From positions 18,404-82,403 of the forward strand of contig CALCZR010000060.1 in the NCBI GenBank assembly GCA_937903325.1: DNA of 64,000 nucleotides, in the 5' to 3' direction. How positions within the stretch are numbered: position 1 is the stretch's first letter; every line of letters starts with the position of its first letter. The notes under the pieces are model-generated. The model was not told the DNA's origin and searched no databases. It saw only the letters and a program-made list of their open reading frames with translations. The position numbers and the translations under genes were made by a program. This stretch comes from an uncultured Candidatus Saccharibacteria bacterium. Lineage in GTDB: Bacteria; Patescibacteriota; Saccharimonadia; Saccharimonadales; AWTP1-31. Shown here in pieces: positions 37,498 to 45,850 of this stretch.

Positions 37498-38174
37498 ACT
37501 TCCAGTATATCAACCGGCTTTTGTCCGTACGGAATAAAGGTATTAGTCGGATCAGCGCAAAAGCCATTCAGAGCACAGTCTGCTGGAGAGAAATCTGGCA
37601 ACGGATGGTTATCTATTATCCCTCTATACGGAACTCGCAGCTCATCTAAGTACGGAAGTTCAGGCTTCCGTAACCAGGTATATAGGACGCTTACCTCCGA
37701 AACACCAAGGCCCCACAATTCAGAAACGGGCATAGCAGTCGTACTGCCAGATGTAGCAGCATCGTCTATTTCTTCGGCAGACTCCGGTCGGTAATAGCCT
37801 ATAAGCTCTTTAGCTGCTTCAGACAGGTTAACTTGTTTGTTGCCGTCTGCATCTTTAGTCTTTTGAGTGTGCGCTACCAATACTTCTGTTTCGTAATTAC
37901 CATGCGCATTAAGCTCGGCCGCAACCGCATCAGTTAACTCAATCGTTCCATCCGCAAGACTCACCAGCAGCGGTGAAACGGGCCCGTCATGCTTTAAACG
38001 AATCATCCGAGCGTTCAGTGCCACCCACATCTTCCATTCACGAGACCCAGGCACAATAATGCCGAACTCCAGCTTCTCCCCATGCGTCCCATTAGTAAAC
38101 CCATGGTGACAGCCCTCGTCTTTAATCCCCATCTCTAGGAGTTGTTCCTTGAAGTATTCAGCCCCTCGTATCAC
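37494..38174 (-). CDS. Phosphoribosyltransferase-like protein (divergent type I PRT)
   Basis: 226 aa. A PRPP-loop-like segment is EEIDDAATSGSTTA (compare hhhhDDxxTTGxT). OPRT-like upstream elements are FTNGTHGEKLEF and LVSLADGTIELTDAVA. The assignment is weak. Confidence 0.45.
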   Translation of the reverse strand: MIRGAEYFKEQLLEMGIKDEGCHHGFTNGTHGEKLEFGIIVPGSREWKMWVALNARMIRLKHDGPVSPLLVSLADGTIELTDAVAAELNAHGNYETEVLVAHTQKTKDADGNKQVNLSEAAKELIGYYRPESAEEIDDAATSGSTTAMPVSELWGLGVSEVSVLYTWLRKPELPYLDELRVPYRGIIDNHPLPDFSPADCALNGFCADPTNTFIPYGQKPVDILEV

Positions 38175-38251
38175 TGTTTCGTACCTTCTTCATTAACTAA
38201 TGTTAAACATGATTGTAATACTCGGCACAAATAAGAGGTAATTTACAACAA

Positions 38252-38410
38252 CTACGCAGATGCAAGATGCCACAACCCACAGTGGCTGCACCTATACGTC
38301 GTCAATTTAGTTCCGTGTTGCAGTTCCGCAACTACCGCAGCAGCTCGAGCCTGCTTTTGGGTATCAAAGGCTAGTTTCTCAGCACACGGCAACACAGTCG
38401 TATCTTCCAT
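38252..38410 (-). CDS. Unlisted small ORF (52 aa) with a C-terminal Y-R-C-x2-C-x2-W-H-L motif
   Basis: My translation is MEDTTVLPCAEKLAFDTQKQARAAAVVAELQHGTKLTTYRCSHCGLWHLASA. A TATAGT (38419-38424) ends 8 nt upstream of the ATG, the same geometry seen at many genes here. It falls below the ORF-track size cut-off. Confidence 0.4.
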   Translation of the reverse strand: MEDTTVLPCAEKLAFDTQKQARAAAVVAELQHGTKLTTYRCSHCGLWHLASA

Positions 38411-38436
38411 ATGCCTTAACTATACCCTATAACTAA

Positions 38437-38703
38437 CTAGCTATTGGTTTCGTGCTGCGGGTCACCAGCAGCTTGGTCTTCGCCTTCTTGGTAGGCCTCA
38501 GTGGAATCGACACCGCTGTCAGATTTCGGTTCGTCAAACTGTGTATTGTCACCTGGAACATCGTCTGCGGGCATAGCCGGGTCATCTGGCGTGCCTGGAT
38601 GAGCCAGAGGGTCAGAAGTTACGCCTGTGTCGTTACGTTCTTCTTCTAAAACATCATCCGGTGTTGCAGCGTTGGTGTCATCGCCCGTGTTGTCGTCATT
38701 CAT
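38437..38703 (-). CDS. Small highly acidic, low-complexity protein
   Basis: 88 aa from the ATG at 38703 (MNDDNTGDD...), with a GGAGGT SD 5 nt upstream. The track start at 38715 lies inside that SD. Confidence 0.45.
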   Translation of the reverse strand: MNDDNTGDDTNAATPDDVLEEERNDTGVTSDPLAHPGTPDDPAMPADDVPGDNTQFDEPKSDSGVDSTEAYQEGEDQAAGDPQHETNS

Positions 38704-38802
38704 ATAAACCTCCAATTATTTACAGTTACTCATCTAACTTATTGCTAAAGAGCTCACTAACCTATGAGGTTTCTCACAGCATTGTTGCTATAGCACTGAC
38801 GT

Positions 38803-40062
38803 CTACTTGTTTAAGAAGTCTTTACACAGCTTCACAAAGATGGCATTAGTCCAGCCAAAGCCTTTCTGACTTGGGTATACACCCTCGATCGGCGGCTTTT
38901 GCGGCTTGACCACATTGTACTTTTCTAGAAACTCGTTGTGCCGTTCGTACCACGCCAAATTAGTACGCAACCACTTGCGAGCAATGCGTTCTGCTTCGTC
39001 ATTGTAACCATATTTCCGAAGTGCCTCGATCACGATCCAGTGCAATGGCGCCCAGCCGTTAGGGTGCGCCCACTGGGTCTTTATAGAACCAAAGATAGAC
39101 ATATCTATGAGCGGCCGCGTCGTAGCTGTCAGTCCACCGATATGTTCGAACTTGTCTAAGTTCCTAACCAGCTCCGCTGCCTGCTCTTTGGTGACCATGC
39201 CGGCCCACATCGGGAAGAAGGCAGCCAGCGACCACACACCACCCTTTTCGCCTTTGTTGTAGTTGTAGTCAAAGTAGAAGCCCTTGCGTTTGTGCCACAT
39301 GTACTTGTTCATCTCGTGCTTGCGCTTAGAAGCTTGCTTTTCCCAATGTTTAGCGCGCTCTTCATCACCTGCCTCATGCGCCACCCACGCAAAATCCGTC
39401 TCGTACTTATACAGCAATGCATTAAGATCTACCGGAAGGTAGTCTAGGCACTTACGTTCGAAGCGGGGCGTCATATCCCAGCCGCTTTCGGCTTCGGCCA
39501 TATCATGCAGTACGTTAATGTCGTAGTAACGACTCAGGCCATGGTGCACCTTGTGCCAGAAGGGATGCGTTTCACTCATCCAAACCTTTTCGTATTCACG
39601 CTCGGCTACAGCCATATACTTCTGGAGCCAAACCAGATCTTTTTGCCCCGTTTCGTAGATAAGTCGTATGTAGGTTGTCAGTACCGGAGGTTGCGAATGA
39701 CTCATGTGGTACATCTGACTGGCATTCGGGATAAAGGTGAATCGGTTAAAAATATGTACTAGGTTATCTAACATATTCTCAGCAAGCTTCTGGTGTTTGC
39801 CCACGAGTCCTAGGGAGTTGAAGTAGCTATCCCAGTAATACTGTTCTTTGAGGGTAAAGCCCGAAGAGGCATCTACCGACGGCACCACGTACGGGTGCGG
39901 CAAGCCAATAAGCATGCCACTGTCTTGTTTTTCTTCGTGCGTTAAAACCTTCCAGTGTTCTTCTATGTATTCTAGGGCATCTGCAATATGCGGCACATCG
40001 ATAGTACCTTCGCGACGCAGCAGACGCCGGATAACCTTAGGAAGTTTTTTGTCTTTAACCAT
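38803..40062 (-). CDS. Trehalase (glycoside hydrolase family 37), cytoplasmic
   Basis: 419 aa. A trehalase signature-1-like stretch is EQYYWDSYF and a signature-2-like stretch is QWAHPNGWAPLHW. Further matches are ESGWDMTPRF and GFGWTN. There is no signal peptide. Confidence 0.85.
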   Translation of the reverse strand: MVKDKKLPKVIRRLLRREGTIDVPHIADALEYIEEHWKVLTHEEKQDSGMLIGLPHPYVVPSVDASSGFTLKEQYYWDSYFNSLGLVGKHQKLAENMLDNLVHIFNRFTFIPNASQMYHMSHSQPPVLTTYIRLIYETGQKDLVWLQKYMAVAEREYEKVWMSETHPFWHKVHHGLSRYYDINVLHDMAEAESGWDMTPRFERKCLDYLPVDLNALLYKYETDFAWVAHEAGDEERAKHWEKQASKRKHEMNKYMWHKRKGFYFDYNYNKGEKGGVWSLAAFFPMWAGMVTKEQAAELVRNLDKFEHIGGLTATTRPLIDMSIFGSIKTQWAHPNGWAPLHWIVIEALRKYGYNDEAERIARKWLRTNLAWYERHNEFLEKYNVVKPQKPPIEGVYPSQKGFGWTNAIFVKLCKDFLNK

Positions 40063-40104
40063 CCCTCTATGCTAGAGGACTGTTCTGGTTATGGTCAAGG
40101 CGAT

Positions 40105-40914
40105 TTACGATCTTCCGACTGGCAGCGTTGCTAGATTCACCGCCGGTCGAGTGATTGCTGGCCTGCGAGCAAACCCAAGACTGAATTTTCCACGACCACC
40201 CCAGTCTCGTACGCCACCTTCGTGCGGATAGATGACCCGGGCCGCCCGCACCCGTTGGATGCGTCTAACGTATGCACCGTTAAAAAGCTCAGAGTGAGCT
40301 GAAGATCTCGCAACTTTAATAGGTAGTGTCAGACTATCTTCACTCGTAATGGGCCCTAGAGGCAATCGCATAACACCGCGCCTGACATTTATATCTGACA
40401 ATGACCAAAGCGCAAGTATACTAGTAATACCTTCCTTCAGCAGAACTCCCCACTCAAGGTAGCGTGTATATACGGCATTCTCATCGAGAAACACAGCTTG
40501 CTCGACACCAAAGCCTTCGCTTTTTCGACGTCCTTGGTGCTCTTGCCAGTAGTCGGCATGCCTCCCCGCTATAGCCGCCCCGCCACCCATGTCCGTATCA
40601 AGCACCCGCGCCAGCTCGTCATCTCCATCCCAATGGATAAGGCTTTCACGGTCCAATATAAGTACCGATCCATTACTAAGTCGATCAGTATCCAAAGTAC
40701 CGTCGTCTCGCAAGTCAGCCACTGGGTCACGGTAAGTATTGGCATGTACTGCCGCGACAACGGGAGTAAGCAACTCAGCGGCCTGCCGCTGTTCCGCACT
40801 AGTCATTAGATGATCATCGCCACGGGGTGTAAAATCCTGCGGGTTAGTAATATCAATGCCACCCCACCTTTGGGGGTCGAGCAGTTCTGGATTTGCTTCG
40901 AGTCTATATGCCAT
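40105..40914 (-). CDS. Hypothetical protein (orphan, Arg/Ala/Gly-rich)
   Basis: 269-aa ORF with TATAGT and an AAAGGGA SD upstream. It shares a C-terminal motif with the neighbouring gene (see findings). Confidence 0.6.
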   Translation of the reverse strand: MAYRLEANPELLDPQRWGGIDITNPQDFTPRGDDHLMTSAEQRQAAELLTPVVAAVHANTYRDPVADLRDDGTLDTDRLSNGSVLILDRESLIHWDGDDELARVLDTDMGGGAAIAGRHADYWQEHQGRRKSEGFGVEQAVFLDENAVYTRYLEWGVLLKEGITSILALWSLSDINVRRGVMRLPLGPITSEDSLTLPIKVARSSAHSELFNGAYVRRIQRVRAARVIYPHEGGVRDWGGRGKFSLGFARRPAITRPAVNLATLPVGRS

Positions 40915-40991
40915 ATCAGTCCCTTTGGATAACCACTATACCTAAACAGATGCGTATTAACACAAGCGAAATTAATAGTCCGGAACTACCT

Positions 40992-41597
40992 CTACGACGA
41001 AAGTAGCACGCCTGCCCCTAGCAAAGGTACTTCCGTGACCATGTATTTCAGGGCATCTTGCTGTAACTGGTAGGCATCCGGCTGTGTTATTGAGCGCACA
41101 GCACCCAGCCTTAGTCTATGAACAGGGACTCCACTATCCTCCGAAGTAAAAGTTTCTAGTGGTGCAAGATCAAGTGCCTCTCTAAATCCCGCCTTCTCTC
41201 TTGCTACACGACCCTCCTCCTGGCTACCTTTCACAGGAATAGCCCTGTCTGCTAGGCGCATATGGAGCTGAAGTGATCCATTTTTCCAGCGGGCATATAC
41301 CGCTTCAGCTGTCATACTAGTAGATTCGGCAATACTAGCAAGATCATGTGATGGATCAATAGCGAGCTCGGCAATCATAGCCTCCACGCGTACTGCAGTG
41401 CGCCCTTGGTGCTTACCATAAATATCGTCGCAGTGCCTGGCCATTTCGTGCGCACCGCTGAATGCCACACCCGGGCTGGGCCTAAAATCAATCCTAGCAC
41501 CACTGGGCAAGAGGTATTCTACTAGCTGTGTAGTATCGGCAAGCCACACCGGGTCAAGGGCTCTACCCGCACCGACTGAGAAGATAGTCTTACGCAT
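40992..41597 (-). CDS. Hypothetical protein (orphan)
   Basis: 201-aa ORF and the first gene downstream of the tmRNA terminator. It has the shared PL..TSEDS..P[VI] motif. Confidence 0.6.
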   Translation of the reverse strand: MRKTIFSVGAGRALDPVWLADTTQLVEYLLPSGARIDFRPSPGVAFSGAHEMARHCDDIYGKHQGRTAVRVEAMIAELAIDPSHDLASIAESTSMTAEAVYARWKNGSLQLHMRLADRAIPVKGSQEEGRVAREKAGFREALDLAPLETFTSEDSGVPVHRLRLGAVRSITQPDAYQLQQDALKYMVTEVPLLGAGVLLSS

Positions 41598-41793
41598 GAA
41601 AAATATAATGCCATACTATTGTATGTTATACAATCTTATATTCGAGACTGTAGGATCTAAATACTGATGCTGTCTAAACCACGCAAGCCCCATTTACCCG
41701 CCGAGTAGACTGACTGTCCTTTTTGGGCAGTGCTTCGTGAGGTTTAGCTCCTTCGGATTGTGACACTATAATCAGATGACGTGATGAGGAAAC

Positions 41794-41820
41794 AAAAAAA
41801 CACCAGATATCTCTGATGCG
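41794..41820 (-). terminator. Rho-independent terminator of ssrA, bidirectional in form
   Basis: On the minus strand, the hairpin CAUCAG-AGAUAU-CUGGUG (one G.U pair) sits 7 nt after the tmRNA CCA end and is followed by U7. An A/T run flanks both sides. Confidence 0.7.
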
Positions 41821-41827
41821 TTTTTTT

Positions 41828-42207
41828 TGGTGGAGCTGTCGGGTACTGCCCCCGAGTCCGTTAGTTTAAGTGGCTAGTCTTCTACAGGCATAGGTCGTTT
41901 AGATTTGTCTCGATCATTCGGCCGGTAAGCGACCAAAAAGTCGAATGATCCAGTCCTAATCTTAGTAGATCTTATGGACAGGAAGATCTAGGCAACCAGA
42001 AAAATATGACACGCCGTAGCATTATCTGGTGTCACGTTAGGCGCGGTTGGTGCAATTAAGCAGCAACTGGTGCAAGGTTACGGAAGCTAATAGCTTCGTT
42101 CACCATTGCTCTAAATGATTTTGCAATTATTTAGGTTTGTCTATACGCTGACAAGCGACCTGCAAACTAGCTGTTAAAGTCCAACGTCGAGCTTAAAATT
42201 CAGCCCC
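41828..42207 (-). ncRNA. ssrA: Transfer-messenger RNA (tmRNA, SsrA), 380 nt with encoded CCA
   Basis: The 5' end is GGGGCUGAAUUUUAAGCUCGACG. The 3' end is GGACUCGGGGGCAGUACCCGACAGCUCCACCA, giving a T-arm of UCGGG/CCCGA and an acceptor of GGGGCUG/CAGCUCC with the G3.U70 alanine identity pair. The tag ORF (42124->42056) is preceded by UAAUU, as E. coli has UAGUC. It reads GCA AAA UCA ... GUU GCU GCU UAA = AKSFRAMVNEAISFRNLAPVAA. Confidence 0.88.
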
Positions 42208-42216
42208 AAGGACTTT

Positions 42217-42246
42217 ATTATACCACCTTTATACTGCTTGTGTCTA
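42217..42246 (-). promoter_or_regulatory. ssrA promoter (TAGACA, 18 nt, TATAAT)
   Basis: On the minus strand, TATAAT is at 42222-42217 and TAGACA at 46-41. The mature 5' G (42207) lies 9 nt downstream of the -10 element. Confidence 0.6.
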
Positions 42247-42277
42247 TATGTCTTTAGCTATGTTAGATTGCCTTACA

Positions 42278-43960
42278 CTAGTGAGCTGCGGCAGGTTGTT
42301 TGCCTGCAGCCGCTTCTAGATCGTGCGTATGCGGCAGGAAGAACGAAAGCAGGAACCCAATACCGATAAAGCCGGCCATATACAGTACTGCGGTGCGCGC
42401 ACCATCTGCAGATGCTTGGTTAGCGATAGATTTCAATTCTGTCTGAACTGCAGGAGGAACATTGCCAGTGTCCTTAGTCTGCGTGCCGCTCAGCTCTACG
42501 TCTGAAGCGGCTGCAGCAACTTTAGCTGACAGCGCTGGCTTAATAGCTTCAGGTATAACCTTACTATTGTTAACTCCGGAAGCAAGACTACCCGCTAGGG
42601 TTGTTAGTAACACGGCACCAATAATAGCCGAACCCAGAGATGAGCCAACTTGCCGGAGCGTATTGTTAACACCAGAGGCTTCACCCGATTGGTGAACCGG
42701 AACAGCAGACAAGGTAACGTTGCTAGCTTGCGCCATAACTAGACCCATTCCGATACCAAACAGCATGAGGCCTGGAATGAAACTCGCAGCTGTCGAGCTT
42801 GCTGTAATCGAGAAATGCAGTACAAGACTAGCCAACACTGAAACAATTAGCCCAGCTTGAATGAGACGCTTTGGAGTTATCTTTTTAGTTAATGCTGCTG
42901 AGGCTGGTGCCACAACGAGCATGGTCAAAGACATTGGGAGCAGTGCCAGCCCCGTATGGAATGCATCTAAGTTTCGAACGGATTGCAAGAATACGGGGAT
43001 AGCAAAGATTAGCCCAACCATGCCAAGGGACAAGAATGACACCACAGCCGCACCAGAGGTGAACTGCTTGTTCTGGAACAAGTGCATAGATACCAATGGA
43101 GTATGCCCATGATTCTCGGCATTAATCTGCCACCACCCAAAGATACCGAGCAGGATAATTCCAAGGATTATCCCAACTGGAGTCGGAGACAAGCCAAATG
43201 GTAAGGCATGACCAAACACTTCAAACGGACGAATCGCACTCCACCACCCGTAGGTAGAAGATTCGATAATGCCGTAGACGAATGCTAGTAGTCCAGTTGC
43301 CGACAAGAACACACCTAAGAAATCTAGTTCTGCCTTCTCTACCCGGTCGCGACCCTCGGCAATGACTGTCGCACCAATGATCAGGATGAGCGCAACAAAG
43401 ATATTAATACGGAATGCCCAACGCCAGCTGTAGCTGCTGGTTAGCCAGCCACCCAGAATTGGCCCAATAGCCGAAGATGCCGCAGCAATACCACCCCAGA
43501 CGCCAAAGGCAATGCCACGATCGCGCCCTTGGTAGTTTGAAACAACCAATGAAGACGTGGCCGGCATCATAAGGGCTGCGCCGATACCTTCAATGATAGA
43601 TTCACCAATAATCATGGTACTGAGGTTATGACTAATAGAAGTCAGGAATGAGCCTATTGCAAAGATTACGGCACCAAGCATAAACATACGCTTACGCCCA
43701 AACAGGTCGCCTAAACGACCACCCGTAACAGTTAGTGCAGCAAGTGTCAGAGAATAGCCAGCAATCACCCACTGCATACCCTGCAAGTTAGTACCAAGGT
43801 CATTTACGATAGTTCGGAGTGACACGTTAAGAACGGTGGTGTCGATAATAATAATCATCACCGCCAGACTGAGCACTACAAGTGGTAGCCACTTTTTAAG
43901 TCCGGTGCGGTGAGCGACTTCACTGGTTACATCAGCTGTCTTTATAGCTTTCTGAGCCAT
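42278..43960 (-). CDS. MFS transporter, 14-TMS drug:H+ antiporter type (DHA2, EmrB/QacA-like)
   Basis: 560 aa with about 14 hydrophobic segments. MFS motif A is GGRLGDLFGRKRMF. It starts 1 nt after the upstream MFS stop. Confidence 0.85.
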   Translation of the reverse strand: MAQKAIKTADVTSEVAHRTGLKKWLPLVVLSLAVMIIIIDTTVLNVSLRTIVNDLGTNLQGMQWVIAGYSLTLAALTVTGGRLGDLFGRKRMFMLGAVIFAIGSFLTSISHNLSTMIIGESIIEGIGAALMMPATSSLVVSNYQGRDRGIAFGVWGGIAAASSAIGPILGGWLTSSYSWRWAFRINIFVALILIIGATVIAEGRDRVEKAELDFLGVFLSATGLLAFVYGIIESSTYGWWSAIRPFEVFGHALPFGLSPTPVGIILGIILLGIFGWWQINAENHGHTPLVSMHLFQNKQFTSGAAVVSFLSLGMVGLIFAIPVFLQSVRNLDAFHTGLALLPMSLTMLVVAPASAALTKKITPKRLIQAGLIVSVLASLVLHFSITASSTAASFIPGLMLFGIGMGLVMAQASNVTLSAVPVHQSGEASGVNNTLRQVGSSLGSAIIGAVLLTTLAGSLASGVNNSKVIPEAIKPALSAKVAAAASDVELSGTQTKDTGNVPPAVQTELKSIANQASADGARTAVLYMAGFIGIGFLLSFFLPHTHDLEAAAGKQPAAAH

Positions 43961-43961
43961 C

Positions 43962-45314
43962 TTAATGCACCATTCCTTCTACTTGCTCTGGATTATGTGT
44001 TAGCCGACTTGGTTTAAACATGATTCGGAATGCAATAGCCGCAGCGACCACCGTAACACCACCAACAAGCACTGGAGCGCTAACGCTCAATCCGGCTGCG
44101 ATGTATCCGCTGAGTGCGCTTGGAAGTGCATCCCCAAAGGCTTGGACACTACTGTTAATACCAAGTACTTCACCTTGGATCTCCTTCGTAGCAGACGCGC
44201 TGACCAGCGCAATACTGTTCGCAAATACCTGCCCAATGGCGATTGCCATGATCGGGGTTACGAGGAGCAGCTGCGTTGTATTGGTAGGTAGTAGGAATAA
44301 TAGAATAGACAAACCACCAAACACCAGGCCCCACTGTAGAGTCTGCCAGTTCTTGAAGCGCTTGCTGACAAAGGGTGTAATCAGACCTTGGGCGAGCGCC
44401 ATACAGATACCGAAGAAGGCAAAGAAGTCTCCAATGTTAGCCTGGTTGAAACCGAGCTTACGTTCAAGCAGCACTTGGAAGAACCCGCGGAAGAAACCAA
44501 AACCAGCGAAGAATAATAGCATGGGGATCAAGATATGACGCAAGGTTGGGTGGGTCACCGCTTTGAATAGGTTATGGAACGACTTGTTCCAGTCAATCTT
44601 AAGGTGTTTAGCAATAGTTGCTTGGGTATTTGGCAAACGAGTAATAATCAGAATCACATTGATGACGCTCAGTGCCGTTGCAATCCAAAACGGAGTAGTG
44701 AGACTAAACCAGCTTGGTGTAGTACCGATATGCAGCCCACCAATACTAATAAACGGAATACCTGGCGTTGCCAGCTTACCACTAATATATGGAGCCAAGG
44801 CGAAACCTAGACCGAACATCATACCAACGAGTCCGAAGTTTTTAGTTCGGTTCTCGGGTGTACTGACGTCAGCCACCACCGCTTGGGCCACCGGCAAGTT
44901 ACCACCGGTCAGACCGTCAAGGATACGACCGGCGAACATAATTCCCAGGTTCTTTTCCCAGATACCGTACGCGAAGATAGCGTAGCCAAGTGCAGTGCCG
45001 GCTACCGAAATAGCTAAGACCTTCTTACGACCGAATTTGTCGGATAACTGCCCGAGAATTGGAGAAGCGATAAACTGAGCTATAGCAAAACTTGCGAGCA
45101 ACCAGCCCAGCATAATGAATGCCGACTTGTCGCTCCACCAGGGGCCAACAACACTGCCAGGATTATGCGGGTTAACCAATACCGGCAAGAGTGGGATGAG
45201 AATACCAATCCCCATAACGTCTAGGAAGACGGTCAGTAGTACTGCTGGTAAGGCTTTTTTAGAAAGCGCTTCCTTTTCAGATAGCTTGATATTTTTTTGA
45301 GCAGTTTTGGCCAC
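43962..45314 (-). CDS. MFS transporter, 12-TMS type (DHA1-like)
   Basis: Motif A is GQLSDKFGRKKVL. I place the start at the GTG at 45314 (VAKTAQKN...), with an AAAGGA SD 7 nt upstream and 17 nt after the marR stop. The track's longer ORF overlaps marR. Confidence 0.85.
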   Translation of the reverse strand: MAKTAQKNIKLSEKEALSKKALPAVLLTVFLDVMGIGILIPLLPVLVNPHNPGSVVGPWWSDKSAFIMLGWLLASFAIAQFIASPILGQLSDKFGRKKVLAISVAGTALGYAIFAYGIWEKNLGIMFAGRILDGLTGGNLPVAQAVVADVSTPENRTKNFGLVGMMFGLGFALAPYISGKLATPGIPFISIGGLHIGTTPSWFSLTTPFWIATALSVINVILIITRLPNTQATIAKHLKIDWNKSFHNLFKAVTHPTLRHILIPMLLFFAGFGFFRGFFQVLLERKLGFNQANIGDFFAFFGICMALAQGLITPFVSKRFKNWQTLQWGLVFGGLSILLFLLPTNTTQLLLVTPIMAIAIGQVFANSIALVSASATKEIQGEVLGINSSVQAFGDALPSALSGYIAAGLSVSAPVLVGGVTVVAAAIAFRIMFKPSRLTHNPEQVEGMVH

Positions 45315-45331
45315 GTAGGGGTCCTTTCTGT

Positions 45332-45805
45332 TTAGTCGTTGGTGGTTTCGAATAAGTGATGACAAGAGCCAGGTTTGTCGTCTGCACAAATTTCTTGGTG
45401 CATGGCCTGCAATGACTGAGTCAATGCGGCTCGCTCTTTTTCACTCAGGTGTTCGAATACCGGCGCGTGATATGTATTGAGAATATCTACCGCTTCGTCG
45501 GTATAACGATCGCCTTTAGGCGTTAAGGTGGTAATGTGCTCACGACGGTTTTCTGGTCGCTTTGCAGATTGCAACAACCCCTGCTCGGTCAACAACTTAA
45601 TCTGCCGACTGATGCTTGCTTCGGTTTGTCCGAGCTTGTCAGCGATTTCTTTTTGTTGAATATGCGGCTTGTGAGACAAGACCATCATGATCTTGAACTG
45701 ACTAAAGCCGATACCGAGACGCTCTTGCAAAACCTGGTCTGACTGTCGTGCCATGACGAACGCCAGGTGGTTTAGCAGATACCCTAGGTTGTTGATAACG
45801 CGCAT
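45332..45805 (-). CDS. MarR-family transcriptional regulator
   Basis: 157 aa. The winged-HTH pattern is FSQFKIMMVL....QKEIADKLGQTEASISRQIKLLTEQGLL....DRREHITTLTPKG. It is the first gene of the marR-MFS-MFS operon. Confidence 0.88.
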   Translation of the reverse strand: MRVINNLGYLLNHLAFVMARQSDQVLQERLGIGFSQFKIMMVLSHKPHIQQKEIADKLGQTEASISRQIKLLTEQGLLQSAKRPENRREHITTLTPKGDRYTDEAVDILNTYHAPVFEHLSEKERAALTQSLQAMHQEICADDKPGSCHHLFETTND

Positions 45806-45812
45806 CTATTCA

Positions 45813-45841
45813 AGCTTACGCTCCGATACTTAACACGTCAA
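45813..45841 (-). promoter_or_regulatory. marR operon promoter (TTGACG, 17 nt, TAAGCT), -10 ending 7 nt before the ATG
   Basis: Read directly on the minus strand. The geometry predicts a leaderless marR mRNA. Confidence 0.5.
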
Positions 45842-45850
45842 GTCTTTGAT

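Noticed and set aside
41767-41828. Plus-strand TATAAT (41767-41772) that could drive a ~45-nt sRNA ending at the bidirectional terminator
   Set aside because: This is a single hexamer without a -35 or extended -10 element. The transcript would be tiny, so a chance occurrence in AT-rich spacer is more likely.
38000-41830. Genomic island or prophage integrated at the ssrA 3' end
   Set aside because: No integrase, recombinase or phage genes are present. I did not spot any direct repeat of the ssrA 3' terminus by eye. Trehalase and the orphans could equally be core genes. A computational repeat search is still needed.
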